Shown in pieces: positions 1 to 10,059 of a stretch of 64,000 nucleotides of DNA. This stretch comes from an uncultured Methanosarcinales archaeon (GTDB lineage Archaea > Halobacteriota > Methanosarcinia > Methanotrichales > Methanotrichaceae). The stretch's first letter is position 1; each line of letters opens with the position of its first letter. Both the position numbers and the translations under genes were made by a program. Where the stretch lies: assembly GCA_903871465.1 (NCBI GenBank), contig CAIQHB010000002.1, positions 780 through 64,779 of the forward strand, read 5' to 3'. The notes beneath the pieces are model-generated. The model did not search any database, was not told where the DNA came from, and worked only from the letters and a program-made list of their open reading frames with translations.

Positions 1-710
1 ATGATGGCTTGGTATTCGCTGTGGCATTCAGCCCTGACGGGACAAAAGTTCTCACGGGCAGCCGTGACAACACGGCCCGAATTTGGGATGTTTCGACTGG
101 CCAGGAGCTGCATAAGCTGACTCATGATGGCCGGGTGAATGCCGTGGCATTCAGCCCTGACGGGACAAAAGTTCTGACGGGCAGCCGTGACAAGACGGCA
201 CGAATATGGGACGTATCGAGCGGCAAGGAGCTGCATAAGCTGAATCATGATTACCCGGTGTTCGCTGTGGCCTTCAGCCCAGACGGGACAAACGTTCTGA
301 CGGGCAGCGATGACAAAACAGCCCGAATATGGGATGTAACGACCGGCCAGGAGCTGCATAAGCTGAATCATGATGGCATGGTGAACGCCGTGGCATTCAG
401 CCCCAACGGGACAAAAGTTCTGACGGTCTGCTCCGACAACACGGCCCGCATATGGGAGGTATCGAGCGGCAAGGAGCTGCATAAGCTGACTCATAACGGC
501 CCAGTGAACGCCGTGGCATTCAGCCCAGACGGGACAGAAGTTCTGACGGGCAGCGGTGACAACACGGCCCGCGTATGGGAGGTATCGAGCGGCAAGGAGC
601 TGCATACGCTGACTCATAATGGCCCGGTGAACGCCGTGGCATTCAGCCCCAACGGGACAAAAGTTCTGACGGGCAGCAGTGACAAGACAGCCTGGATTTG
701 GCCGGTATCT
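1..710 (+). repeat. 123-bp intragenic tandem repeat, about 6 units (starts ~0, 123, 246, 369, 492, 615)
   Basis: Units begin cat(g/a)a(t/c) at 123-bp spacing and are highly similar at DNA level. Confidence 0.9.
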
Positions 711-929
711 GACAGGGATTTGATCGAGCAGGCATGTAGCTGCTTGCCCGAAAATCTCTCCATTGAGCAATGGGGGCAGTATTCAATATCTGACGTTAAG
801 ACCTGTCCAAAAGAAGGAAGATTTAATCAAAGCGTACTGAATAGGTTCCTAAACGATCCGAAGGGATTTCTAACCGGCTCAGATGAGTGCCAGCCCTGCA
901 TTGCAGAGGCCTTTCGCAATAGAAAATGA
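1..929 (+). CDS. WD40-repeat protein, C-terminal part (frame is open at the window start)
   Basis: 41-aa repeats H(D/N)GxVxAVAFSPDGTKVLTGSxDxTARIWDV. The frame continues upstream of the TTG at 9 (..H-D-G-L-V-F). Confidence 0.9.
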   Translation, partial: DGLVFAVAFSPDGTKVLTGSRDNTARIWDVSTGQELHKLTHDGRVNAVAFSPDGTKVLTGSRDKTARIWDVSSGKELHKLNHDYPVFAVAFSPDGTNVLTGSDDKTARIWDVTTGQELHKLNHDGMVNAVAFSPNGTKVLTVCSDNTARIWEVSSGKELHKLTHNGPVNAVAFSPDGTEVLTGSGDNTARVWEVSSGKELHTLTHNGPVNAVAFSPNGTKVLTGSSDKTAWIWPVSDRDLIEQACSCLPENLSIEQWGQYSISDVKTCPKEGRFNQSVLNRFLNDPKGFLTGSDECQPCIAEAFRNRK

Positions 930-1068
930 TCGAATATGAAACGGCCCATGAGCTTCAGGATGGCTTATACATGGCAGACGAAAATCGAGATGCTTTGACA
1001 TCGCTAAATCGATTGCATGCGAAAATGTTCTCGAAAAACCAGAAAAATTATTGATAGTTCGACCGACT

Positions 1069-2244
1069 TCACTTCGTCGAGACTATCTTTATCACGTCGC
1101 CGTCCTTCAGCTCGTGCTTCTCGCCCAGACGCATCTTCGTCTTGGCGTCAATGGCAAATAAGAAGCTCTCTCCGATATCGGAATGCACCCGGAAGGCAAG
1201 ATCGCGCGCCGTGCTGCCCCGCTTCATGAGGAAGGCGTCGGGCAGTATCACTCCTTTGCGATCAGTGAACTTGCCCTCATCCTCTACGGGATAGAGAACG
1301 ATGTAATTTAAGAGCTCGAATACGGCGCGGTTGATGCACTGCTGCACTCCAGTTCCGCCATACTGTTTCATCAGCGCCCTGATCTTCTCCAGGCCCGCCG
1401 TCTGGGCAGGACTGAGCTGGCCTTTGACCTCAAAGTCCGGATCGCCCGGCATATACTTGATCAAGCCCGCTTTCTCTGCCATGCGCAGCGCTATTTCCGC
1501 GGCCCCGCTAACAGGTATCACTAACTCTTCCTTGAGGGCTAAGAGCTTCTGAACGTTCTCTGGAGGCGCGACATCCATCTTGTTGGCCGCCAGGATCATG
1601 GGTTTGCTGTACTCGCGCAAAAGCATGGCGAACCTCTTTACATCTTCATCATTCCAGCTTCCCAGATCCTTCTTCATCTCCGTCAGAGCACGCCGGATGT
1701 GGTTATCCGAGACCCCAGCGCCTGCCATCTGATCGATGAGAACCTGCTCGGGCTTGCCTCCTATGCCCTTATAGTTCCTCATCAATTTGTCCCAGTTGCG
1801 CTTGAGGATGCCATTGAGCCACATGCTGATCTCGTACTCCAGGAATTTAACATCAGAGACGGGATCGTGGTTGCCGGTGCCCACCGGATTTCCTTCTGCA
1901 TCCGTGCCGCCCGAGGCGTCCAGCACATGAATGACAGCTTCTGCCACCCGCAATGCATCCAGGAACTCATTGCCCAGGCCCTTGCCTAGATGGGCATCAG
2001 GAACGAGCCCGGCCACGTCGATCAGCTCGATGGAGATGAAGCGCACGCCATCCCGGCACTTGCCACAGCCTTTCTCGATACCGAGCTCCTTGCAGGGGCA
2101 GGGAACGCGCACATATGAAACGCCGTGATTGGCGTCAATAGTTGTAAACGGATAGTTGGCGATATCCACCTCTACCAAAGTCGCTGCCTTGAAAAAGGTG
2201 GATTTGCCAGAGTTCGGCTTTCCAGCCAGCCCAACGGAGAGCAT
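1069..2244 (-). CDS. ychF: YchF/OLA1-family (Obg-like) ATPase with C-terminal TGS domain
   Basis: GKPNSGKST P-loop, NYPFTTI, DVAGLV and NKMD motifs; C-terminal TGS (GSTARDLAFRVHSDI). Confidence 0.9.
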   Translation of the reverse strand: MLSVGLAGKPNSGKSTFFKAATLVEVDIANYPFTTIDANHGVSYVRVPCPCKELGIEKGCGKCRDGVRFISIELIDVAGLVPDAHLGKGLGNEFLDALRVAEAVIHVLDASGGTDAEGNPVGTGNHDPVSDVKFLEYEISMWLNGILKRNWDKLMRNYKGIGGKPEQVLIDQMAGAGVSDNHIRRALTEMKKDLGSWNDEDVKRFAMLLREYSKPMILAANKMDVAPPENVQKLLALKEELVIPVSGAAEIALRMAEKAGLIKYMPGDPDFEVKGQLSPAQTAGLEKIRALMKQYGGTGVQQCINRAVFELLNYIVLYPVEDEGKFTDRKGVILPDAFLMKRGSTARDLAFRVHSDIGESFLFAIDAKTKMRLGEKHELKDGDVIKIVSTK

Positions 2245-2264
2245 GTGAGATCAGTGATCCCGGC

Positions 2265-3356
2265 TCATCTGGAGATGTCGGCGACAGACATCTCTTGAGA
2301 CTTTGTCACAAAGCGCTTCTCCTTGTTCCCGGCCAGCTTCTTGGCGAGAGCCAGACCCTTCTCAGAGACGGCCTTCTCCTGCACGACACCTGCAGCCAAG
2401 GCAGAAGAGTAGAGCTTCTCGCCCGCGTCCGTACGCGTGAGGACAGTGGACCAGCCATCGGGAGAGCCCACGCTTCCCACGGAGACGTCCGCCAGCTCGC
2501 TGGCAAAGTCAAAGCAGGGACCGCATCCCTTGAAGGTGTACTTGTCTGTCTCCTCCAACTTCACCTCATTAACCTGGCCCTTTTTATCGATCACCCGGAA
2601 CATGCCCTTCTTGATCTCGAAGCGAGCCACATCCTTGGGCTCCAGACCGAACTTGCCCTGCACCAGCCCCATCATGAGCGTCTCGTAATAGAAGTTCTCC
2701 ATGCAGAATAGTCCCACCAATAGGGCGATCTTCTCCTGGCCGAACTGATAGGGCTCATCCAGGAGCTGGACCTTTCGCAGAGCCTGAATCTGGCAGGGAG
2801 TCCCCACAAATCCGATCTTCTGGCAGCCTTTCTCCAGAGCTTCCTTCACGGCTATGACGCTGTTATTGATAGTGTACTTGGTGCCGGCAGCCGCCTTGAT
2901 CTCCTCGGCGGTGGTGGCGACGCGAGACACAGTTCTCCACTCTTCGTCCCTATCCGTGATAATGGCGCAGTCGATCATGCCAGACTCCAGCGCCTGGACC
3001 AGCAGGGCGGTAGCCACGCCTCCGTCCTGGGCTTTGCCCTCTCGTGAGAGTGCCTGGGCGGAGACTGCTTTCGTATAGATTCCCAGGGCCTCATCCGCAT
3101 TACGGGTCCGGCCGAAGAGCTTGGACTCCATAGCCCCCATATCCAGGAAAGTTCTGGGACAGTAGGCAAAGCAAAGGCCGCAGAGGGGGTCGTATTCCAT
3201 CAGGGCGGGCCTGTTCTCCTTGTGCTCAATCTTGGGACATAAGGCCTCGCAGGTGCCGCAACGGCAGCATATCATCGATGTTATTACCTTATGTTCCAGC
3301 TCTCCGAATCCACATTCTAAGTAAGTGGGCTCAGCAAACTTCTCCTTGGCAGCCAT
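2265..3356 (-). CDS. FrhB/FdhB-family F420-dependent oxidoreductase subunit (FpoF-like) with N-terminal ferredoxin-type Cys motifs
   Basis: CCRCGTCEALCP and CGLCFAYCP; QDGGVATALL, AGTKY, GTPCQ, GLFCMENF, ADVSVGSVGSPDGW. ATG start at 3356 preferred over the ORF-track start. Confidence 0.8.
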   Translation of the reverse strand: MAAKEKFAEPTYLECGFGELEHKVITSMICCRCGTCEALCPKIEHKENRPALMEYDPLCGLCFAYCPRTFLDMGAMESKLFGRTRNADEALGIYTKAVSAQALSREGKAQDGGVATALLVQALESGMIDCAIITDRDEEWRTVSRVATTAEEIKAAAGTKYTINNSVIAVKEALEKGCQKIGFVGTPCQIQALRKVQLLDEPYQFGQEKIALLVGLFCMENFYYETLMMGLVQGKFGLEPKDVARFEIKKGMFRVIDKKGQVNEVKLEETDKYTFKGCGPCFDFASELADVSVGSVGSPDGWSTVLTRTDAGEKLYSSALAAGVVQEKAVSEKGLALAKKLAGNKEKRFVTKSQEMSVADISR

Positions 3357-3437
3357 GATCCAGATCTCCAAAAGCTGGTGGCTTAAAGTTACGTCCCGAC
3401 CTAAAGCTTTTATGGTTCGAAGGGCTTGGGCCCAGGG

Positions 3438-4412
3438 ATGATTTTGGGCCTGGATATCGGCGGAGCCAACACAAAAGCCGCCAGCTCAGACGGCCTTTAT
3501 GCCGAGAGCATCTATCTGCCGCTCTGGAAGAATGCGTCCCTGGATGAGGTGCTGAGCCGGTTTGCGGCATTGTCTCCACAAGCGGTGGCGGTCGTCATCA
3601 CGGGCGAGCTGGCAGACTGCTTTTCCTGCAAGCGAGAGGGCATAGAGAGCCTCATGGCTGCCGTCAAGAGGACCTTCTCCTGCCCGACCTACTTCTGGGG
3701 CGGGAGCAGCTTTGGCTGGAAGGACCCCCTGGAATTGGCCGCTGCCAACTGGGCGGCGTCGGCCGAGCTTTTGGCGCGCGAAGAGGGAGATTGCCTCTTT
3801 GTGGATATGGGCAGCACCACCACAGATTTGATTCCGATAAAGGGTGGTCCGCTGGCAGCAAAGACGGACTTCCTGCGACTGGCAAGCGGCGAGCTGGTCT
3901 ACATGGGGCTGCTTCGCACCCGCCTGGATGCCTTGCTGCCCCTGGCGAGGATCAGAGGAAATACGGTGCCGCTCGCACCGGAATTCTTCGCCATCATCGC
4001 CGACGCCCATTTGGCCCTGGGCCGGATAAGTGAGGATCGCTATAGCTGCGAGACTGCGGACGGTGCCGGTAAGGACTGTGCCTCTGCCATGCGCCGTCTG
4101 GCGCGCTCGGTCTGTGCCGACCTGGGGGAGATAGGCCTTGCCGGGGCCTTGGCGATAGCAGAGCAGGCGTGCGAACAACAGAAGAGAATTCTGGTTGATG
4201 CCATGGAGAAGCAGGCGAAAAAGCACGATCTTTCCAGGGTGACTGCCGCGGGAATAGGAGAAGGCTTAATTGCCGATGCTGCAGAGTTCCTGGGACTGGA
4301 GTGCGTTCTTCTCTCGGAGAGGTACGGTCCTGGGATATCGAACGTCTTCCCTGCCTATGCTGTGGCGAAAATGCTGGAAGTGGACCCTGTTTTCATGGCA
4401 TCAATCCACTAA
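3438..4412 (+). CDS. mfnF: Hydantoinase A/oxoprolinase-like methanofuran biosynthesis enzyme (MfnF-like)
   Basis: LGLDIGGANTK, TGELADCF, VDMGSTTTDLIP, ELVYMGLLRT, YFAIIADA-like motifs. Confidence 0.75.
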   Translation: MILGLDIGGANTKAASSDGLYAESIYLPLWKNASLDEVLSRFAALSPQAVAVVITGELADCFSCKREGIESLMAAVKRTFSCPTYFWGGSSFGWKDPLELAAANWAASAELLAREEGDCLFVDMGSTTTDLIPIKGGPLAAKTDFLRLASGELVYMGLLRTRLDALLPLARIRGNTVPLAPEFFAIIADAHLALGRISEDRYSCETADGAGKDCASAMRRLARSVCADLGEIGLAGALAIAEQACEQQKRILVDAMEKQAKKHDLSRVTAAGIGEGLIADAAEFLGLECVLLSERYGPGISNVFPAYAVAKMLEVDPVFMASIH

Positions 4413-4424
4413 CTTGATAACGGT

Positions 4425-5633
4425 GTGACGGCATTTGACCACTCAGAGGTGCCGGCCCTGAAGAGGAGCATCATACCTGCCTTTGAGCGAACCGTTGTCT
4501 TGAGGCATATTGCCTATAGAAAGAGAGGAACCTTTCTCTCAGTGGCAGCCATAGCTCTTGCGGTAGCCATTTCTCTGACATCCGTCTCCCTCCAGGATGG
4601 ATTTCATGGTATGCTTTTTGATATTATCGTTGAGGATCTTCCTCACGTCACAATCACACCCAAGGAAGGAGACGATTACATCTACCTCTACAAAAATCTC
4701 ATAGATCGCATTTGGTCAATTCCGGGAGTGGTTGCAGTCTCGCCTGGACTGGGAGCCACAGCGACCTTCACTCACAAGGATAACGTAGAGAACGTGGCGA
4801 TGTCGGGAGCGAATCCGGTCGATGTGGATAAGATATACAACATAGGAAAGTACGTGGTCCATGGAGATCTCAACTCGATACGGGACGGAAAGAAGGTGGT
4901 TATAGGGCAAAAGCTGGCTGACAATTTGAAGGTCAAGCTGGGCCAGACGGTCTTCGCCAGCTTTCCTGATGCCCGAGGAACCAGCCTGGTTGTATCCGGT
5001 ATCTTTAATGCGCCTACCGGATGGCCGGAGGATATTGCCTTTGTATCGCTCGCCACTGCCAGGGATTTTCTCAATAAAGGAGACGTTGCTTCATCTGTGG
5101 ACGTAAAGCTGGAAGATGTCTATCAAGCAGATGCCCTTGGAAGAAGTCTGCAAGCTTACGGATATAAGGCAGATTCCTGGCAGCAGCTTTACCCTGAGAT
5201 CCTGAAAACACTGGCCATTGAACAATTCCAGAACAGGCTGATAATGCTATTGATCCTGATCATCGCCTCCTTTGGAATTGGGAGCGTGATGTACATGCTG
5301 GTCAATGAAAAGACCAGCGAGATTGGCATGTTCATGGCCATGGGTGCGGGCAGACAAAACATAATGAACATCTTTCTGTTGGAGAGCGGGATATTGGGTC
5401 TAATGGGCGGTATGATTGGTGCCGCCCTGGGCCTCATTATGGCCCTTTATCTCCAGAGCCTGAAGATCATGATGGAGGCGCCGGGTGGGCAGCAAATCAG
5501 CCTGCCGGTAGTGATCAAAACCGAGAGCTTTCTGGCTGTTGTACTCTTAGCGGCAGCATTGAGCGTAGTCGCCGGTCTGTATCCTGCCTGGAAGGCGTCC
5601 CGGCTGGATCCGGCTCTGGCCATCAACGGATGA
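4425..5633 (+). CDS. ABC transporter permease, MacB/FtsX/LolE type
   Basis: N-terminal TM, large extracytoplasmic domain, EKTSEIGMFMAMGA motif, C-terminal YPAWKASRLDP. Confidence 0.85.
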   Translation: MTAFDHSEVPALKRSIIPAFERTVVLRHIAYRKRGTFLSVAAIALAVAISLTSVSLQDGFHGMLFDIIVEDLPHVTITPKEGDDYIYLYKNLIDRIWSIPGVVAVSPGLGATATFTHKDNVENVAMSGANPVDVDKIYNIGKYVVHGDLNSIRDGKKVVIGQKLADNLKVKLGQTVFASFPDARGTSLVVSGIFNAPTGWPEDIAFVSLATARDFLNKGDVASSVDVKLEDVYQADALGRSLQAYGYKADSWQQLYPEILKTLAIEQFQNRLIMLLILIIASFGIGSVMYMLVNEKTSEIGMFMAMGAGRQNIMNIFLLESGILGLMGGMIGAALGLIMALYLQSLKIMMEAPGGQQISLPVVIKTESFLAVVLLAAALSVVAGLYPAWKASRLDPALAING

Positions 5634-6799
5634 GGACAGAGATGTACGAATTCACCATAGCCCAGAGGCATATCTTAAGAAACCCCAAGATGGCATTCTT
5701 CACGGTTGCCGCTGTGACCCTGGCGGTGGCCGTCATTGTTGTTCTCATGGGCCTCATGAGCGGCTTCGAGGATGAGGTCATCACAACAACGGTTGAGAAT
5801 AATCCTCACATCTATGTTCAGCCAAAAGATGATGAGAAGTACATCTACCTCTATCGAACCGTCTCTGCCATTTTATGGAAATATCCGGAGGTTAAAGCCG
5901 TCTCGGCGAGGCTCGCCGGAAAGGCGGCTGCGAAGTACAAAGACAAGGTCCGCGGGGTCGATTTCCTTGGTGTCGACCCATCCCAAGAAGACCGGCTGAT
6001 GAACGTTCAGAAAGATATCATCATCGGCAGCTTTATGGATCTGAACTCCCGGAAGTATGCTGCATTTATGGGATCAACTCTGGCAGAGGAGCTTGAGCTG
6101 CATCCGGAAAACGATTTTATCCTGGCGAGGGGAAACAAATCGATCCGTCTCAAGGTCGCCGGCCTTTTTAAGACCGGCTCCGCCAAAGACAAGTCACTGA
6201 TCTACATTCCTCTAACAACGGCTCAGGAATTGGTGGGAAAAGGAGATGTGGTCTCAGAGGTGGACGCCAGAGTCTCGGATATATATCATGCGCCTTACAT
6301 CACCGCAGATCTTCGGAATCAATTCAGATATCAGTCCAAATCCTGGGAGGACATGAACGCCGATATCCTCAAACTGATCCAGACCCAGTCGTCTTTTTCC
6401 TTCATCTTCTACATTCTCATATTCTTGATCGCAGGATTTGGCATTGCCAACACCATGATCATGATAATATCCCGCAAGACGAAAGAGATCGGCATTCTCA
6501 TGGCCATGGGAGCGACGAGGCGGTCGATCCTCAAGATCTTCATGCTCGAGAGCCTCATCCTGGCTCCGCCTTCCGCCTTGCTGGGAAGCGTTCTGGCATA
6601 TCTTGCCGCCAGACTCATAATGTCTTACAACATTGAGCTTCCTTCCGAGATCTACATGGTCTCCAGGATGACGGTTTCCATCAAGCCGGAGTTCTTCTTG
6701 TATGCAGTGATCTTCGCCCTTTTCATCAACTTTGTGGCCGGGCTGTATCCGGCCTGGAAGGCTTCCAGGATGGACCCGGTGGAGGCAATAGGAAGCTGA
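5630..6799 (+). CDS. ABC transporter permease, MacB/FtsX/LolC type (paralog, overlaps previous gene by 4 nt)
   Basis: KTKEIGILMAMGA and YPAWKASRMDPVEAI motifs. Confidence 0.85.
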   Translation: MRTEMYEFTIAQRHILRNPKMAFFTVAAVTLAVAVIVVLMGLMSGFEDEVITTTVENNPHIYVQPKDDEKYIYLYRTVSAILWKYPEVKAVSARLAGKAAAKYKDKVRGVDFLGVDPSQEDRLMNVQKDIIIGSFMDLNSRKYAAFMGSTLAEELELHPENDFILARGNKSIRLKVAGLFKTGSAKDKSLIYIPLTTAQELVGKGDVVSEVDARVSDIYHAPYITADLRNQFRYQSKSWEDMNADILKLIQTQSSFSFIFYILIFLIAGFGIANTMIMIISRKTKEIGILMAMGATRRSILKIFMLESLILAPPSALLGSVLAYLAARLIMSYNIELPSEIYMVSRMTVSIKPEFFLYAVIFALFINFVAGLYPAWKASRMDPVEAIGS

Positions 6800-6809
6800 T
6801 GAAAGGTCG

Positions 6810-7364
6810 ATGGAAAAAATGAGCCTACACAGTGGCGGGATCCTGCTCTTCAGATCCAGGGATGATAAGCAGGAAGTGTTGCTTGTCCATCCAGGCGGGC
6901 CGTTTTGGATCAGGAAAGATGACGGAGCCTGGTCGATACCAAAAGGGCTATTTGAAGAAGACGAAAGTCCGCTGGACACCGCAAAGAGGGAGTTCAAGGA
7001 GGAGACCGGTTTCGATGCGACCGGAGAGTTCATAGAGCTGGGAGAGCTGAAGCAGCCAAGCCGGAAGATCGTCCATGCCTGGGCTCTGAAAATGGATCTG
7101 GATGAGACTAAAGTTGTGAGCAATAAATTCTCACTGGAGTGGCCGAAGAGATCCGGCATCATAAGAGAATATCCGGAAATAGACAGAGCAAACTGGTTTG
7201 ACATAGATCTGGCCAGGGAAAAGATACAAAAAGGCCAAATAGGCTTCATTGACAGGCTCAGGGAGGTCTTAGACCAATGGAGAGAGGTTGACACTGGTCC
7301 CGGCGAGGCCGCTGCTAAAGTCCGGGCCGAAGACTTTCAGGACTACACGACCCGTATCCTGTAG
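6810..7364 (+). CDS. NUDIX hydrolase
   Basis: Nudix box GLFEEDESPLDTAKREFKEETGF. Confidence 0.85.
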   Translation: MEKMSLHSGGILLFRSRDDKQEVLLVHPGGPFWIRKDDGAWSIPKGLFEEDESPLDTAKREFKEETGFDATGEFIELGELKQPSRKIVHAWALKMDLDETKVVSNKFSLEWPKRSGIIREYPEIDRANWFDIDLAREKIQKGQIGFIDRLREVLDQWREVDTGPGEAAAKVRAEDFQDYTTRIL

Positions 7365-7488
7365 CAAAAAAAGTAGCATGCAGGCTTTTAGAAGTGCCTG
7401 ATTCACGCCTTGAATATCCCGGGGATCATTTTCAGGTCGTAAGTGAAAGTTACTGAAAATCATTACGAGAACCGAGCACTTTGCATTT

Positions 7489-8166
7489 TCAATCATCCTC
7501 TGGCTTTATGTTTCTTGCCACGTATAGAAATGGCGTGTCTACAAATGAGACTATAATCTTGAGTATTAACGAGGTTACATAGATTTGGATTATAATATCC
7601 CAGGAAAATATGCCGTAGAAGGCTATTAGTGTGAACATGGTATTGTCTATCAGCTGGCTGAATATCACAGAAACATTGCTTCTTAACCAGAGAAGCCTTC
7701 TACCGTGGTATTTCTTCATGAAAGCGTACATCCAAACATCGTACATCTGTGAGCATATGTAGGCGGCAAGGCTGGCCAGCGCAATTCTCGGCATGAAACC
7801 GAAAATCGCTGCTAAATGAGGGGCCATGGTATCCGATGAATCAGGAATGAACATCAAAGTCACCTGCATGATCACTGTCGTCATGACTAGAACGAAAAAG
7901 CCCACATATACTGCTTTTCTGGCCTCTTTCTTTCCATAAACTTCATTTAGGATGTCTGAAACAAAAAATATGGAGGAATAGACTATGTTCCCTTCTGCAG
8001 TTACGAGGCCGAAAATCTGGATAGTTTTCATCACCTGGATATTTGCCAGTATGATCGACATTGCAACCCATGCGAAAAGACCTTTCCTGCCGAATAGCTT
8101 GTATATTAGCAGGACGGCCAGATAGCAAAGAATCATCAGCCCGAACCAGAGCAGTTCATTGGTCAT
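7489..8166 (-). CDS. Queuosine/archaeosine precursor (preQ0/preQ1) transporter, YhhQ/VUT family
   Basis: Multi-TM; DILNEVYGKKEAR, ASLAAYICSQMYDV, LRSNVS and SQLIDN motifs. Confidence 0.85.
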   Translation of the reverse strand: MTNELLWFGLMILCYLAVLLIYKLFGRKGLFAWVAMSIILANIQVMKTIQIFGLVTAEGNIVYSSIFFVSDILNEVYGKKEARKAVYVGFFVLVMTTVIMQVTLMFIPDSSDTMAPHLAAIFGFMPRIALASLAAYICSQMYDVWMYAFMKKYHGRRLLWLRSNVSVIFSQLIDNTMFTLIAFYGIFSWDIIIQIYVTSLILKIIVSFVDTPFLYVARNIKPEDD

Positions 8167-8288
8167 ATCGATGTGAGATTTATTGAGGTTCTATTTGAGA
8201 GATCGCTAAAAGAACAAGGTTTTGGCTCTTGTCTTAGGAAAGATCGTCCCGGCATTCGTAAGTGAATATCATCTGAGAGGTAATCCGT

Positions 8289-8605
8289 TTGGGTAATTCT
8301 GAGGAAAGTAAAGAGAAAGCTAAACTTCGATGCCAGCCATATATTGCGGGCCAAAGCCCGTCTTCGGGCGAACCCCATGAGATAGTGATCGTGGGAACTG
8401 CCCATATCTCAGAAAAAAGCGTTCAGGAAGTTACCAGGGCCATCGAGGAGACAAAGCCGGATATCGTGGCTGTGGAATTATGTCCGGGAAGATATCGGGC
8501 CCTAACCGCCAGGAAGAAGACCACGACATCAAGATCAGCGAGCTTATAAGCGGCGAGAAGCTTTGCTTCCTATTAGTCCAATTGTTTCTGGCCATGGCTT
8601 GGGCT
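8289..8605 (+). pseudogene. 5' fragment of a TraB/PrgY/GumN-family gene, frameshifted and truncated
   Basis: IVIVGTAHISEKS...PDIVAVELCPGRYRAL continues in another frame (QEEDHDIKISELISG..FLLVQLFLA); similarity then stops. Confidence 0.7.
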
Positions 8606-8773
8606 GATCAACCCATTCGATTTGCTCAAGGGCATACTGCAGCGCAAATAGTTGTCCAAATTGATCCCAATGCGATTCGAAACATTTCGAGGCTGCTAAC
8701 GTTATTGGTTACAGATAACTTAATATGCTTCAATGTATATACGTTGATTTATATAACGGCTGATTTCGCCTTA

Positions 8774-10048
8774 TTACTCAAGGAAATGATGCGTTAGCTG
8801 CGCAACATCGCGGTATCGGACCACTCCCACCATTTTATCATCCTTGTCAGTTACCGGCAGCGCCCTGAAGTCATATCTTGAGAACATCGCCGATGCTTCC
8901 CCCAGTGTGCTCTCTTCCTCCAAGGTGATGACATTCTTGACCATGATGCCCTTTAATAAGGCTTTATCATCGGCTCTGAGCAAATCCTTCACATCGATCA
9001 CGCCTAGCAGTTTATCCCCCTTATCGACAACATAGATATACATCACTTCGTCTTTGTCCTTAGCTATTTTTGGATAACCGTTTTGCACAGCTTCGACAAT
9101 TTCCTCGGGATGGATACGTATATATTTTTCCGTGATGATATTGATGATATTGTCTTGCTGCTTCTCCAAAATGGATTCTATCTTATCGATATTCTCTTCA
9201 TCCATCAAGTCCATTATGGCCTTCCGATCTTCGAAAGCCAGAACAGATAGCACATCTGCTGCCTGGCCCGGTGTCATTTCGTCGAGCAGCTGCGCCACTT
9301 TCTCTTTTTTCAGGGAGGAGATTATCTCTCTTTGCATATTCGGACCGATCTCCTCCAGCGTATCCGAAGCTTGTTCGGTATCGAGCTGATCAATTACCGC
9401 CACTCTTTGCTCGTGGTCCAGATCTTCCAGAATTTCTACTAGATCAACTGGCGGAAGATCATTCAGTTTTTCTTTCAATATCTTGAGCTTTACATTGCCT
9501 GTAAAACTCCCCAGGTCGGCGGGCAATGGTTGAACATACAACCATGGGATCAGCTTCTCCAGGCTTTCATCGTGCCCCTTATGAAATAGATTAACAATCC
9601 AGTTGAGGCCCAGCCTCCTCAAACGCGCATAACTGGCGGGATCGACATCGGTAACGTACAGCTTATTCTTCTTCATCACCATCTTGATGTCATAGACCAA
9701 TTCCACATCGTTATCCTCCATATCGAGGATCTTCTTGTCCATGATGTGGTCTCTCAGGAGAACAAACCCTTGGGGAATTTTGCAGGAGAACTTTTCAATA
9801 TCGTCAATATCTATGGCGATCTCCTTTGAATCAAACTGCCTGACCTTTTCCCACGGGACCATTAGAGAAGCATAGCCAAAAGGTCGAGTTATTATTAAAT
9901 GCGTAACTTCTGCCGCTTTTTCTTTGTCTGTGATGGTAAGATCCGAGAGCTTGCCTATTTTTTTACCTCTTAGAAGGACCTTTTCATTGAGCACATCGCT
10001 CAGGAAAAAGGTATTTTCTGGCAGGTTTTTTCCTTTATCTCTTTCCAT
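8774..10048 (-). CDS. Soluble MgtE-like protein: PRC-barrel-like N-terminus, MgtE-N domain and CBS pair, no TM domain
   Basis: LPPVDLVEILEDL, ASDTLEEI and MTPGQAADVL helical repeats; CBS motifs YIYVVD..KLLGVI and ALPVTD..KMVGVV. Confidence 0.75.
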   Translation of the reverse strand: MERDKGKNLPENTFFLSDVLNEKVLLRGKKIGKLSDLTITDKEKAAEVTHLIITRPFGYASLMVPWEKVRQFDSKEIAIDIDDIEKFSCKIPQGFVLLRDHIMDKKILDMEDNDVELVYDIKMVMKKNKLYVTDVDPASYARLRRLGLNWIVNLFHKGHDESLEKLIPWLYVQPLPADLGSFTGNVKLKILKEKLNDLPPVDLVEILEDLDHEQRVAVIDQLDTEQASDTLEEIGPNMQREIISSLKKEKVAQLLDEMTPGQAADVLSVLAFEDRKAIMDLMDEENIDKIESILEKQQDNIINIITEKYIRIHPEEIVEAVQNGYPKIAKDKDEVMYIYVVDKGDKLLGVIDVKDLLRADDKALLKGIMVKNVITLEEESTLGEASAMFSRYDFRALPVTDKDDKMVGVVRYRDVAQLTHHFLE

Positions 10049-10059
10049 AAATCCTCTGG

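Noticed and set aside
1-929. Diversity-generating retroelement acting on the WD40 repeats
   Set aside because: Differences are not adenine-specific, and no reverse transcriptase or template repeat is present in the window
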